DNA from: Flectonema sp. DT1601 | Taxonomy: Eukaryota | Assembly: GCA_964019425.1 (NCBI GenBank) | Contig: OZ025796.1 | Location: 868,001 to 932,000, forward strand | Length of the DNA: 64,000 nt | Direction: 5' to 3' | Part shown: piece after piece, positions 1 to 12,600 of the stretch | Layout of the letters: each line of letters starts with the position of its first letter | Position numbering within the stretch: position 1 is the first letter of the stretch | Position numbers and translations under genes: made by a program | The notes under the pieces: generated by a model | What the model saw: the letters and a program-made list of their open reading frames with translations, nothing else | Told to the model about the DNA's origin: nothing | Databases searched by the model: none

Positions 1-2259
1 AATTACTCTTTTGCTACCGATCTTGTTAGTGCTTCTTGAGAACATACTAACAGATCCTAACAATGCTTCTTGAATGTAGATTTCAGGGGAAGTTGTTGAA
101 AGGGGATTGTCCTGGTGCCATTTAATAGCTCGTCGAAGATAGTTCGCGTCCGTGAACCATATCCCAGGAGGAGTCCTCATTAGTGAGGAGTTTGTTACGT
201 CTCCCAATAATGGATGAATACCATTTCCTATTTGAATTAGTCCGACATGAATATCATCCAGAGGCAATTCAGCTACGAAGCTCCCGAGTGCCTCAAGAAG
301 CCCATAATATCCAACAGGGTGTCTTCTAAACGATTGTTGCATCGATGCAGATCCGTCAAAAATGAAAATTAAATCCATTGCAGGGCACTCTCCATAAGCC
401 TTATACATACATTCTCCTTTTGCATTTATAAAACATGAATCCAGCTTGGCACAATCACACGTGTCAGCTGCTGAACATGTACGCAGGGAACAAATACCAA
501 AGTCAAGGCCACACAATGAATTACTTTGACATTCGGTGTCGTTCTTTAATCCTCCACACACTGTAGGTTGACAATTTCCTGAAGATGACACATCCCAAGT
601 ACATCTCGGATCCCTTCCGCAGGATAATTCATTGCTCCCGTGCACAGCACACACATGTTGAACACATTTCGATAATGAAAGCGACCATTCACAATTCCCA
701 TCTGCTCCACAGCTTATTTCAGAGCTGTGAGTTGGACATCGAGCCTTTTCTTGACAACCACTGTAACTATTATACACACAGTCGGCGTCGTCGGTACAGT
801 TTGATATATCATGATGTTGACACTTCTTCACTTCGCACTTATTTGTCCATCTACAATTAGAGTTATAGATACAGTTATCTTCTGTTGAAGAATAACACTC
901 TGCTAAATGACACAGGGATTCAGTTTGATTCCAAGAACAGTAAGTTGACCTCTCACAATTATCTTGTCCCATTAGGCACGGTAGGTATTCATGACAAGTA
1001 ACGTAAACTGGATCCCATCTGCAATAGCCACGAGATGCATGGCAAGCATCTGGAGTACAGCGAGACACACAAGGTGACGCAATGCACTCCAAGCTTGCAG
1101 CACTCCAAGTACAGACACCGGTATAGGCACATGTGGCTTCTGCGGTGTAAGAGTCGCAATGCACTGCCCAATCTAATGATAACGCAGGAGCTTGGCATAT
1201 ATCATACAGCGGGTTGCTGATTGTAGTTGAGAAAACATCAATGGTGATACCAAAGAAGTGACGGTCACTATTATGAGCTGTGCTCAAGGTCTTCAAGTTT
1301 ATTGCAGTCTGGCTATCAAGAGTGGTAGGAGTCGGGTATTTCATAATAAAAATGGAAAACACAACTACATTCATTGACTTTAGTTTATCCATTGCTGTAT
1401 TTGTATTACCCATGTCGATGGGATTACCCGTTGATATTATAATCATAGCAAGCTTCTGTCCAACAGAATCGCGATGCAAGAATGTATTTACAGCATATTC
1501 TAGTGCTGGCGTGATCGTCCTTGTTCCCTTTAATGGGTTTGCATTGTGCCAGTTAAGGTCAATTAGTAATTCGTTGAAGTCGCCTGAGAGCTTTCCTTGT
1601 GTTCCAACAGGGGGTGTTTTGAAATTAGATCCGAATTGGATAAGTGCGACTCTCATAGTATCAGATTGGGTTACAGGATCAACAGCAAGTTGTCCAGAGA
1701 GAGGAAGCTGTTGTATCCAATCACGAATCACTGTGAGGATGGCATTGTATCCTTGAGGATGACGAGAGAGAGGTCCCGATGCAGCATTGGAACCATCAAA
1801 TACAACAACAATATCAAGCTGTACACATGCAGCAAACACTGGATTTATACAAGTAGTTGTGTTATGATTATAATGACAATTAACATCTTTATGACACGAA
1901 CATGTATCTAGTTGATTACAGACCTTGGAAACACATGATAAGTTGCTACTATCCCACATGCACTCTTCTGTACACTGGTCAGAGTTTTTTAGTCCACAAC
2001 CGCTCGTTTCGGTACTACACTTTCCATTCAAATCCCAGTAACATGAGTCTCTTCCAGTGCACTCGTATTCGTTAGTGTAATCGCAACCATCAGAAGGAAG
2101 TAAAGTAGTGGATTGTTCGTGTTCACACAGAGATGTCAATGAATTCCAATAACATCCGGTCGCAGCGTCACAGTCGGGTTCGATAAAATGTGAGGAACAG
2201 ATCGCTGCATTTGATACCTGCAACAAAACCAATGTAACAACAGTCCGTATGCAGGTCAT
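1..2259 (-). CDS. Secreted Cys-rich protein with two von Willebrand factor A (vWA) domains; 3' end runs off the left edge of the window
   Basis: Hand translation from ATG 2259; absent from the ORF track, consistent with no stop inside the window. Signal peptide MTCIRTVVTLVLLQVSNA, repeated Cys-x-Trp modules, two vWA starts (CVQLDIVVVFDGSNAA ~1790-1825; CPAMDLIFIFDGSASM ~345-390, DxSxS MIDAS motif). Confidence 0.85.
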   Translation of the reverse strand, partial: MTCIRTVVTLVLLQVSNAAICSSHFIEPDCDAATGCYWNSLTSLCEHEQSTTLLPSDGCDYTNEYECTGRDSCYWDLNGKCSTETSGCGLKNSDQCTEECMWDSSNLSCVSKVCNQLDTCSCHKDVNCHYNHNTTTCINPVFAACVQLDIVVVFDGSNAASGPLSRHPQGYNAILTVIRDWIQQLPLSGQLAVDPVTQSDTMRVALIQFGSNFKTPPVGTQGKLSGDFNELLIDLNWHNANPLKGTRTITPALEYAVNTFLHRDSVGQKLAMIIISTGNPIDMGNTNTAMDKLKSMNVVVFSIFIMKYPTPTTLDSQTAINLKTLSTAHNSDRHFFGITIDVFSTTISNPLYDICQAPALSLDWAVHCDSYTAEATCAYTGVCTWSAASLECIASPCVSRCTPDACHASRGYCRWDPVYVTCHEYLPCLMGQDNCERSTYCSWNQTESLCHLAECYSSTEDNCIYNSNCRWTNKCEVKKCQHHDISNCTDDADCVYNSYSGCQEKARCPTHSSEISCGADGNCEWSLSLSKCVQHVCAVHGSNELSCGRDPRCTWDVSSSGNCQPTVCGGLKNDTECQSNSLCGLDFGICSLRTCSAADTCDCAKLDSCFINAKGECMYKAYGECPAMDLIFIFDGSASMQQSFRRHPVGYYGLLEALGSFVAELPLDDIHVGLIQIGNGIHPLLGDVTNSSLMRTPPGIWFTDANYLRRAIKWHQDNPLSTTSPEIYIQEALLGSVSMFSRSTNKIGSKRVI

Positions 2260-3004
2260 GGTAAAATTTTTTATTTCTGCGTCTGTGGGTAAAGTATAGT
2301 AGTTGATTGTTTTAAAAAATGCTATAACAACAGTGTCACACATATGGTAATTATGATTTAGCTTTAAAAAAAAGGAAATTCTCTCTTTATAGTTTCTATT
2401 TGGCTGTATTGCACAAAGAACCTTACTTTTCTGAGAGAAACAAGAAAGTAGGCAACAATAAAACTCCGTCATTTCCAACGAGGGACAACGTAAAAACAGT
2501 AACAACTTTAGGTATTAAAAACAAAATTAATATCAAATACTCGACTGAAAAAGATTTGTAGTTGTTAGTCAAAGAAAATTACGCATAGAAAAAAGAAAAC
2601 ACACAAGGGAAAACTATATTTTTCGTCTTATCGACCAGAAGACGTTGTCGAATCTGGTGATTTCGGGACCGTACTATCAGGTTGAGCGTCCCATGCCCTG
2701 TACCAATATATTTAAGTATTCCCACGTGCCACACGAGATAACGGGTACAAAAACAGATAATTGCCAATGGAAGCGATTGTAACCAAGCAATCGAAGTTAG
2801 GGTTTTTTTTTCCCCCTGAAAAAAGGGGATATATCGGTCCCGATGAGAGGTTAAAAGGAAAGAACAAGAAGAACTCATGCCACGTCGATAGGATGTGTCA
2901 CAAGCAACAAGCGTAGATACAAAAGTGCATAGAGAATTATTTCTCCCATTGTTTTTTTTTTTTTTGTTGTTGGAATTGGTTCATCATTCTCTCAAGAGTG
3001 TTGA

Positions 3005-3901
3005 CTACGAGACCTTACATTGTCTCAACACCAAAGACATTCTTCTTTCAGAGTGTAAGTTACGGTTTTCGAGTCCATGTGTGTACTCGTACCTTGCCTT
3101 ACCAAATAAAAGCTGAAGTGAGAATTCAGGAAGATAACTGTCAAAAGAACTATTCGATGAAACAGATCCAACATCAATCTCTTGTTGTGATGCAGATCTC
3201 GGAAAAGATTTAAAAGTAAGTGTTCCACTACCTAACAAACCGATAGAGACGATTACAGGACCGGAGAGAAGGCGATCATCGTAGTGATCGCGGAGACGGT
3301 CACCGCGAGACTTTATAAAGTTAGTGATGTTCCCCTCATTTGGTATCCAATCTCTTAGTACAGATGCCCAGGGAGCTTTTGGATCGCGAAGCTTTTTAAT
3401 TATTGGTTCCAAAAAACCTGGAGTGTTGTTGCACTCACTCGCTTTACGACCAGTATAATCAACTTTCGCACCCCAATTTACTGCCTCATAATTCCCGCTT
3501 TTACCAGTGTGGTATTTGTATGTATTTTCAAAGTTGTATATTAATAAACGCGCCTCTTCAGCGTTTATAAAATTTTTGTACTGAATCAAGCCTTCTACCC
3601 CTCCCATTTTGGAACTTTTAACCGCCCCTTTCATTAATAATGAAAATGCGTTTTTGCGAGGGGCTTCAGTAATAGTGTTCTTTTTAGGGGGCTTCAAAAC
3701 AATAGGAGAATCAGAAACATTTATAACCGTTGTGTTATCTGATTTTTTTATTTTAGAACCGGAATTAGAGTCTTCACCTTTTTCTATCTCTATTACTTCT
3801 AGTTCAGGCGGATCATCAATTTTAGGCCTCTTTAATCCAAAACTATCTCTGCTGTCAAAGTCACTATCACTGATTACTGTTAGGTCGACGCATTCTAACA
3901 T
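3005..3901 (-). CDS. AlkB-family 2OG-Fe(II) dioxygenase (298 aa, disordered N-terminus)
   Basis: HxD (DHYDD), PVIVSIGL, ARYEYTHG (distal His) and RMSLVLR (RxxxxxR) motifs. TTTAAACAG acceptor 11 nt before the ATG. Confidence 0.85.
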   Translation of the reverse strand: MLECVDLTVISDSDFDSRDSFGLKRPKIDDPPELEVIEIEKGEDSNSGSKIKKSDNTTVINVSDSPIVLKPPKKNTITEAPRKNAFSLLMKGAVKSSKMGGVEGLIQYKNFINAEEARLLIYNFENTYKYHTGKSGNYEAVNWGAKVDYTGRKASECNNTPGFLEPIIKKLRDPKAPWASVLRDWIPNEGNITNFIKSRGDRLRDHYDDRLLSGPVIVSIGLLGSGTLTFKSFPRSASQQEIDVGSVSSNSSFDSYLPEFSLQLLFGKARYEYTHGLENRNLHSERRMSLVLRQCKVS

Positions 3902-4610
3902 TGAGAAAAAGTCTGTTTAAACAAAGATAGTGAAAGTGAGAGCAAAAACATAAATATCAAAAAAATAACAAAAAAAACACACAATCAATGTAGACTATGC
4001 ATGGGCCTTGAATGCACAGTCCTGTAAGAAATTAAAAAAAAAAAAAAAAAAAAAAAACAGAAAAGGGAATCAAACATTATGTAAGAAGACAAAATCTATT
4101 ATTTCCGAAAAAACCTAAATTACTCTGTTCGGATATGCGCAAAAGGCTTTACCTTTGGTCATCAACCTATGTAAGCACCTCATTCACCGCGATAAGAACA
4201 CTTCGGTAGTATTGACACAACAAAAACACATTAAAGTAACTAACGCTGCCAACTGCCTTAATAAAACAATAAAACCGTTTTCTCAGCAAAGGTCGCCGCC
4301 CTCCCATGGAAAAAGTAATCCTTACCTCGCTAGACAGGTAGACAGTCTTAACAAAACATAAAAGAAGAAAAAGAGAAACGGGAAATTAATAAAATGAAAC
4401 AAAAAAAATAAAAAATAAAAAAACACACCTGTGAACACGCAAAATAAATGCTCACAGGAATTGTCTTTATACAAGACCTTAAAACGTATTTTATTATTTT
4501 TGACGATTCCAAAAAAGGCATTTATCATCAATCTCGGATTATTGCTATGAGTCTGCTATGAATAGTCAGCTCAGTCTGAGAGTAGTCGTTACCAAGAAAC
4601 CTAACAAGGT

Positions 4611-5069
4611 TCATCTTGATACTCGAGTCACCAGCCAATCATCACCCTTTTCACTTTTTGTTAAAATAATATTAAAAGGCTCAAGGAGCTCTTTAACTGC
4701 AGAAGCGATACATGGAACACAATTCTCCAAATATAGTTTTCTCTCAGAAACGTCAAGCCGAACATGTCTACCTTCAGTGTGAACCAGTATCCAATCCGTT
4801 GTTTCTCTCACAGCCTGACCCGTACATTCCAGGGGCTTCTTAAAATCAAGGTTCACTTTCCATAATGTGTTGTAGTGGAAATATACAGTATTCATTTGTT
4901 GGGTTCTTATCACGTTGTCGCCAGAGAGAAGTTCTCCTGGGGAAACCTTTTCCAGGTTATGTCTTCCTTTCTTTACTATTACCATTACCAAGTACCCTTT
5001 TAAACTCCCTGCAAAAGCCGCCCATTTATCAACCTTTGGCCTCTTCTTTTTAACTTTTTCTTTTTGCAT
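4611..5069 (-). CDS. Hypothetical protein (~152 aa), likely start MQKEKVKK
   Basis: Open frame with protein-like composition on the same strand as all neighbours. The upstream part of the track ORF is T-rich intron/UTR-like sequence. No family recognised. Confidence 0.55.
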   Translation of the reverse strand: MQKEKVKKKRPKVDKWAAFAGSLKGYLVMVIVKKGRHNLEKVSPGELLSGDNVIRTQQMNTVYFHYNTLWKVNLDFKKPLECTGQAVRETTDWILVHTEGRHVRLDVSERKLYLENCVPCIASAVKELLEPFNIILTKSEKGDDWLVTRVSR

Positions 5070-7959
5070 TTGGGTGGCTTGCTGTGTAGGGGGGTAGTTG
5101 TCGTTATAAGAAATTAACACATTGCTCTGTGTGATAGACCTGAAACGAAGGATAAAAAGGTAAAAAAAAATATACTCTGAACAACAACACAAATATCAAG
5201 TAATAATTGAATAAGGTTGTGAGGTATAATTGCATACAATTAAAAAAAAAGAAAACTGCAACAGTCAGCCTCGCCGAGTTCTAAAGGACAAGATCGCACA
5301 TCCGGAAACTTGTATTTTCGTTTCTTTTTTTTTCCTTTCTAATGTTCAAAAGAACAATGACAAAAAAAAAGAGAAAAAAAGAGAAAAAAAAAATGAGAAG
5401 GATAGACAAAGAAGGGAAAATGAAAAGAAAGGGGGAAAAAAAAAAAAAGAAAACACAAAATAATAATGAATGTCTGCTGGGAATTTCCAGCACCAATTGA
5501 AGTCATTATGAATCAACTTAAGTTACGACAGATGTCATTCGTCTTTAATAGTTTAATATCAAGTCAGAAAATAAACAATTAAAGAAAAGAAAAAAAATAA
5601 TAAAAGAACAAGAAACTCCAACCACACGACAAGCTATCAACAAGATTACGCACGACAGATGTCATTTGTCTATGTGAAGCTAGTGTTGGTTTAAGTTTCT
5701 TGACGTGTGGAAGTAGAATTGCAAACATGAATAACTTTTGGACAAATCGATTGATTTCGTTGGCGAAAGCGCAGCCACAGCACAAGTATCTGTGTTGTGT
5801 TTTACTCGTATGTTTTTCTTTTTCCCTCTCCTAACTTTGCAGAAGTCGAGAGGGGAGAATGGAAAAAGAAAAAAAAAAAAACGGGGGGGGGATTTGCTAA
5901 TGCTTTACTGTCAGGACTTGCCTGCAATCAGATAGAATATTTCTATTGAACAGCTATACGAACTTCTACTCACTTCGATTCGTATCTGATGGTAAAAGAT
6001 TCAAAATGCTAACAGAGGGAGGGGTTAACCAACACGAACAAAGACATCTGAAATTCTACAGATGGTCACAAATTCAATTCTATGGTAAGTCGCTTGACTA
6101 CACATAATATGAGACATTCAAGTAGTCTTTCACAAATCGGGAGTATCATAGTCAGCACTTAATCGCTTTATTTCTCCCGATAGACTAAAGTTCTTATTTC
6201 AATTCTCTGAGAGTAGTATCACAACGCATTTAAGGGGAAAAGAGAACAAACGAAAAAGGAAGGAACAAGAAGATAAAGTAAATTATATTATACCAGATCA
6301 TAATTGAGATGTATTCTCTTTGTCATCGTACGCAGCAGAAGCTGCGTTTGATGACAGAAAATGGAGCACCCGTTCAAATTGTTCAGAGGAAAGAGTTGTA
6401 GCTCACAGTATCTATTTTTATTTTTTTTAATTCTTTTTTTTCTTTTTTAAATCAGGTTTTTTTAGTGACTTATAGTCTCTAGAAGATACATGCAAAACTA
6501 TTAACCCCCCAACTCGCAGTTCTGAGCATAAATAGGAAGAAGTGCCTAGCCAAAAATAATTTTCGAGGCAGACAATTAGGTATCTGCAATTGGAAGTTAG
6601 ACATATTTATGGTTCAGTTATTCTTCTTTTCCTTTGTCATATCAATCCAGAGATGGATTGTTTTGGGGCAAGACATAAAGAATAATATATGGGAAGGGGG
6701 GTGACAAAATACAACAACAGAAGGGACAAAAACAATGAGAGAAGAAAAAAAAAAAAAAAAAAAAAAAAAAGGAAAGTGATTTACCGCTTGAACGGACGTA
6801 TCGCCCCTTACGTAACCAAAAAAAAGGATCTATTAAATTAGGAAATCGAATATAAAGGATGATAATAATAATAATAATAATATGAGACTTTCTCTGTTGC
6901 TTGTCACCTTAACTTTCTTTTCTCCGTCGCCTGCATTCAAAAAAGCTGTTGTGAAAAACTTTTTTTTTTTTTTTTAACGGAGAAAAAATAAAGTTTTGGG
7001 AAGCAACGGAAAAGTGCTCCAATAATATAAACAAAAAATGGTGACGCCCGTGCAGAATCCTCCGGGTTTCCGGAGTGGTTGTTGTGGGCTACCAACACAA
7101 CTTTACAACTTAACAAACATAGCTGGGAAAACCTCCAACACAAAAGATTCCGAAACCCGCCAACTCTTCTACAAACACAAGGCTGTATGACGATGTCGTT
7201 TTTCAGAAACTTGAGATTACTAATTCTCCCAAAAAAAGATTGCTTCGAACCAAAAAAAAAAAAAAAAAAAGAAAAAATATATTGATGATAACCTACAAAC
7301 AAATCTAATCCTTTTAAAGAAAAAATGCATATTAAGGCACACATTGGCAAATACGTGCAGTTCTCTATTTCTCTACAGAACATGCCAACTTTTCAATAAT
7401 ACTGAAAGTCGAGTTATAAAGTCTTATTTTTTAAGAATGGAATGATGCCATCACCCTAAATTAAAAAAAGAGTAAGTAATTCAGAAAATGTTGAATATCA
7501 TCAAAAAAAAAAAAAAAAAAAAAAGGGGGGGGGAAAAGAAACGCAAGAAAATGTGGTGTGCGTTTGTTGTGTGTTATTTATTGATTATCAATAAAAATGA
7601 TTTTAACAAACAGGTAAAAGGTAAAAAGACAATTGTTGTATTAGTTGCTGTGCTATGGCAACAACAGCCCGTATATCAATTTTTTAAACAATTTAAAAAA
7701 AAAAAAAAAAATCTTATTATTTTCAATCTAAAATTAATTAACGGGAGGACAGTGAGAAACAAACCGAAAAAAGAAAAAAATTCTATTTTCGAATGCAATA
7801 AGAAGTAATCAACCTGATCATAATCAGAGTACAGCTCGCTGCTTTTATTCTGACTTGTATATCGTGACGCTAAGAGTTATTTATCTTTCCTTTTTGAGGA
7901 AAGTTTCATGAGAATCACTTTCACGGAATTTAAGGTCTCCTTCATCAATCAAAAACTAA

Positions 7960-10659
7960 TTAGTCTTCCTGTTCAATTTGGACTGCTTTCACTTTACTGC
8001 TTTTTTTGCTCTTCTTTTCTTTCTTCTCTCTCTTGTCACGTTTCTCTTTCTTTGATTTTTTCTCCTTTACATCACTAGAAAAGGCAGTGGCTTTGCGAGA
8101 CTTCTTTGAGGGTTTAGTAGGAGTCTCAGGGAGAATAAAACCTCCTTCCGATTCCGTGGTATTACGTCTCGAAATACGAGGGCTAAGAGTGTCGGAGTTG
8201 CTTTCCGAAGAATGTTGCTGCACAGGTGGTTCACCAAAGGAAGAGACTGGTGGTCCCGTTAATACTCTCGCTTTTCTCGGAACCATCTCTGTTGGCATTG
8301 CGGAGGGTTCTTCTTGTTCATTTATATCGACATTTTCTATTGGCGGAGTGCTCTTCGCACCTGTTCCAATTTCTGGGAATGCTCTGCTGGTCCCTCCGAT
8401 ACTTTTTTGACGTTGCTTACCATGAACCTGATTGTGCATTTTAGTTTTTCTCTGATCCAACAATCTGGTTTTGAAAACACCAGTCTGAAACTAAATAAAT
8501 GAAACAAACCTTTCCAGCAGTCGATGTGCTGCATCTGAAAGCAATAAATGCAACAACAATTATCACAAATAGAACAGGGGCTGCGATAATTATGGGAAGC
8601 AACTCCTTCGCTTTAGAATCACCTCCCGAACGATTTGGTTGTGGAGCTGCTGTAGTTCCTTCACACGGTTGAGATACATAGCTGTGTGAGGGATTTTTAT
8701 TATTAATATATTGTGAGAAATACAAAGCTTATGGCTGAACCTACAAAGTAAGTGAAAGAAAAAAAACACAAACCAAGTTCGTAAAACGATAACTTCATAA
8801 CCACTTCTGTCAAAAGGAGGTAACTGGCGTTTCATTAAAGTGACTACTTCATTTTGGAGTGAGAATAGCTGAGATTGACCTCCTGTACTGTTAGTAAGAC
8901 CTATTGAAAAGGTCACAGCAGTGACACGAGGTGATTCCTCTAGAGAGTCTGACACATCCAGAGTTGCTCCGGCAGCAAGCGATGCGACGACTCTAGTTGC
9001 GAAATCAACGCCGTTAAAGTCAGCAAAAGCAATTCGTAACTTAACAATAAAATGACTTAATACTAAATCAGGATTAATATAAACAGGAACAGGCGTATCG
9101 ACTACAGGAGTCGGAGTATCAGCTTCTACGATGCCACAAGTCCAGTTGACATTAGGTGAACACTGAGGAGGAGCTATGAGGGTTGCATCAGGCTGGACTT
9201 GAGTGGAAGATGATTGAATCGCATCAAATGTCTTACACAAACCAGTCATAACGTTGTATTCAAAAGCAATGCAAGAACTGCTCGACTGACACTGAACTTG
9301 ACAGGCTTCAGGACCCGCAACATCATCAAAAAGACTTTCAGAATCTGAAACAATAGCTCCCGGAACAGAACATAAATTAACTTCATCATAATCAAAAGGA
9401 CAACAAAACGCTTCGCTGTGTGGGTCCGTCCATGGAGGTGACGGTGTGTTTAGACCTAAATTATCATCAACTCCGATCAACTTATCACTTAACGATCTAC
9501 ATGTTGTAGCTACTTGTAACCACTGATTGTTGTTATCAGCGACTGGAATCCATCTTTGGTTATTGATATTATTTTTTAATAAGAACCTACACACTTCTGA
9601 AGCTGTGCAGAGTCTCCGAGATGTATTAAGGCAGCTGTAAACAGCATCTGCGTAAGTTGTATTGATTCCTTGTTCTATTGAAATGAGTAGTGGTTCTGGA
9701 GTCCTTCGAAATACTTGTGTTGAGAGTTCGACATCTGAAGGACCATAAGAACAGGTATTTCCAATTAAACATCCGTTGATATCATTAACCGAGTTCGTAA
9801 AACTAAAGTACATACAGGTGTTAGACTTTGAGCATTCTAAGGCACACTCTGAAAGTGTCTCTTGGTCAGAACGTGTTCCAGTCTGACAAGTACTGTTAAA
9901 TTTATATAAAGTAAAGAAAGAAGGTATCTGATTTCCTAACGAAGTCTTCTTTACTGTGACAGCAGTAGAGTTATTCATAATACTGTTCCATGAAGAACAG
10001 GTTGTTAGTAAACGACAGCTGTTGAGAGTTGACTCAGAGTAGACGCAATTAGATGTTGTTTCACATCTTGATAGACACCCAGCAACACTTAGCGCAGAGT
10101 CGACTAGAAGCACATTACCCAAATCACAAGTAGCCCAACGAGCAATTTCAAAAGATGGAAATGAATCGATTATTTGATCCCAAGTTTGGATGGTTTTCGA
10201 TTCTGTTTTAGATCTCGACAACGATCTGGTCACAGTTTCAGTTTGTTGACCACTAATCAATGTGGTTGAGTGTTCTGTTAATGTTGAAGTTGGTTCACTA
10301 TCATCCGTCATAGACTCAGACTCAGACCTGCTAACACTTTTTGATAATGTCATAGAAACGCTATCAGTAGACAGTGGGATTAACGTCAACGATGCTGTTG
10401 TCGCAGTCCGAGATAGAGTCGCCGTAGAACTCATTTCAATCTCCGGTGTAGCAGTAGCAGTAGCGGTAGAAGTAACAGTAGCACGCGTTATTGTTACTTC
10501 ATTATTAGCAGTACTTGGAACCTGGGGATACTCCCCGTCATTATTTATCACAATTCTATTTCCTATATTCACATCCTGTAACTGCCAACTACACTCCCAC
10601 TGTGTTGGTAATCCGTCAGCAACCACCGCTGCCAGAAGAACCTGTGCGATGGTTTTCAT
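7960..10659 (-). CDS. Type I membrane protein (~860 aa): signal peptide, Ser/Thr-rich stalk, several PAN/apple-like Cys domains, TM helix, low-complexity cytosolic tail; 3 exons (10659-8774, 8681-8510, 8484-7960)
   Basis: Three track ORFs join in frame through GT-AG introns 8773-8682 (92 nt) and 8509-8485 (25 nt), reading VLRT-C-YVSQP and AGK-TGVFKTRLLDQ. C-x3-C-x5-C PAN-like motifs; TM LLPIIIAAPVLFVIIVVAFIAF. Confidence 0.8.
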
Positions 10660-11480
10660 AGCACCAAATGGGCATGTGGGGTGTACCTTTATTTTCTGGT
10701 AAGAAGATAATATAAAAATAAAAGTCGAAAACTAAAAATCTTGCTGGGGTTGCTAAAATAGAATATTATCAAAACAACTAGCAGTAAAGGTTCCTTTCTT
10801 TGTTCTTGTTTTTTTAAAGTTTTTTTATTTTAGTTTTTATTTTTTTTCCCCCCTTCCCCATTATTTTTTCTTCTTCTCCTTGTTTTACGGCAATTACATC
10901 TGAGTGTTTACATTGCAAGAAAAGCGGACTATTTGTTTTTTTTTTTGGCTTGAAGTTTTTGTTTTCCTGCGTAACCAGGTAAGCCCAAGTCACATTAACC
11001 CGTTACTTACTTTTTTTTTTTTTTTCCTCCATTCCGCTTTATTAGTAAAAAGGAAGGTGAACATGTTGGGGGTCTTAACCCAAATTGTTTTTTTTAAATA
11101 CGTTTATAAAGTAACTCTGTCAATGGTTTAAAAGTAACTGAAAAGTTTTGATTTTTTTTTTTTTGCAACGGAAATAAAACACCAGAAGGCCAACCACCTC
11201 GACTTACTAGTACATCCCTACTTAATTTTTTTTCTTCTCCTCCTATTGATAGTCGCAATGGTAAAGCGCCTTAACAATATCAATTGTATTTTTTCCCTCA
11301 CTTCAGACCAAGCAGTATTTATATTGTACTAATATTGCAGTAATTGACAAAGTGAAAGGGGAAAAAAAAAAAAAAAAAAAAACTAGTTTCGACGGACTAA
11401 TAAAAATGCAAAATCGCATTTCCGTTTTTTTTTTTTTAAAAAGTGAGAGCTAAATCCCACAATGCAATAAAGAAACATAC

Positions 11481-11514
<34 letters not shown>

Positions 11515-11661
11515 AGGAAAAAAAAACAACAAATGGTGTGTGGAAGGGGAACATGGAAGAAGGAAAAGAAAGAAAGAAAAAAGGTCAGTTATGCGTGCTT
11601 AACTATTCTTGCTTTATTGGCAATGAAGATTTGATCCCAAATAAACTTAGGCATCGATTGG

Positions 11662-12300
11662 CTATTCGATTTCATGTGGAAACAACAATTGTAAGAATCC
11701 AGGAGTTGGAATTATTTCTTTGTTACGACCAAGTAACTTCGGCAGGATATCTTCACAGTACCAAAACAAGTGACCCGCCGCAATGCCTATCAAGTCAGAC
11801 AACGGAGAATGATCAAAAATAAATCCGAGAGCTAAGAAGATATACGCCAAGTAAGGAGCTGACAACGTGACAAGACCATATATAGAGAGATGCTCATCCG
11901 GATTGCGTCGCGACCAGACGTATAAAACCATAGTGACCAAACTATGTGACAAGAATGGAATATCACATACTGCTGCCATACCAACCATCATAAGGCTACC
12001 GAATAGTAACATGTAAAGGAATCTTGCAGTCCTTCTGTGGTAGAAGTGTTCTTCCAACCTTCTTGAGTAAAAATATAAAAAATGCATATGAAAAAAGAAA
12101 CCGATACTGAGGGTGTCAAAAAACACAAAACTCGTCAACAGCCTCCAAACTTCACCCTTCCATACTAATTTGAAATTTAAGTATAAATTCAACGGACTTA
12201 GAAACTCAAACGTCACCGCTCCAGCAGTCAGAATAGACAGAGTCAGGTATATTCTTGTCACAACAGGTATAGAGAAATATGCTTGCTCTATCTCAACCAT
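11662..12300 (-). CDS. Derlin (Der1-like ERAD membrane protein)
   Basis: IPVVTRIY, GEVWRLLTSF, YSRRLEE, YVWSRRNP and DLIGIAAGH motifs of Derlin-1/2. Start placed at MVEIEQ after a CCCTACAG acceptor. Confidence 0.92.
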   Translation of the reverse strand: MVEIEQAYFSIPVVTRIYLTLSILTAGAVTFEFLSPLNLYLNFKLVWKGEVWRLLTSFVFFDTLSIGFFFHMHFLYFYSRRLEEHFYHRRTARFLYMLLFGSLMMVGMAAVCDIPFLSHSLVTMVLYVWSRRNPDEHLSIYGLVTLSAPYLAYIFLALGFIFDHSPLSDLIGIAAGHLFWYCEDILPKLLGRNKEIIPTPGFLQLLFPHEIE

Positions 12301-12600
12301 TGTTTTAATACTACACGAGCTAGTCACTGTAGGGAAGAAAATACTATTAAAAAAAAAAAAAACGTTAAGTTCCAGTTTATAAATATATAAGAATCCCCTA
12401 ATAGCTTCTCCTACAATAAAAATAATAAAATAGACAGCTGAGGGGGAAAAACTCAACGATTTCAATCCGGAGAGGTTAGAAAGTTCCGTTAATAAATAAT
12501 TCCCACTATAAAATACGACAGGTAGGTATTAGAAGTTAGATTTAAGGAAACTGTGCAACAAAAAGAGGAAAGGCAATGTGAATAAAGTAAAGACCAATTA

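Noticed and set aside
585..1911. Several plus-strand ORFs and one short minus-strand ORF in the track
   Set aside because: Shadows of the long minus-strand vWA gene (1-2259).
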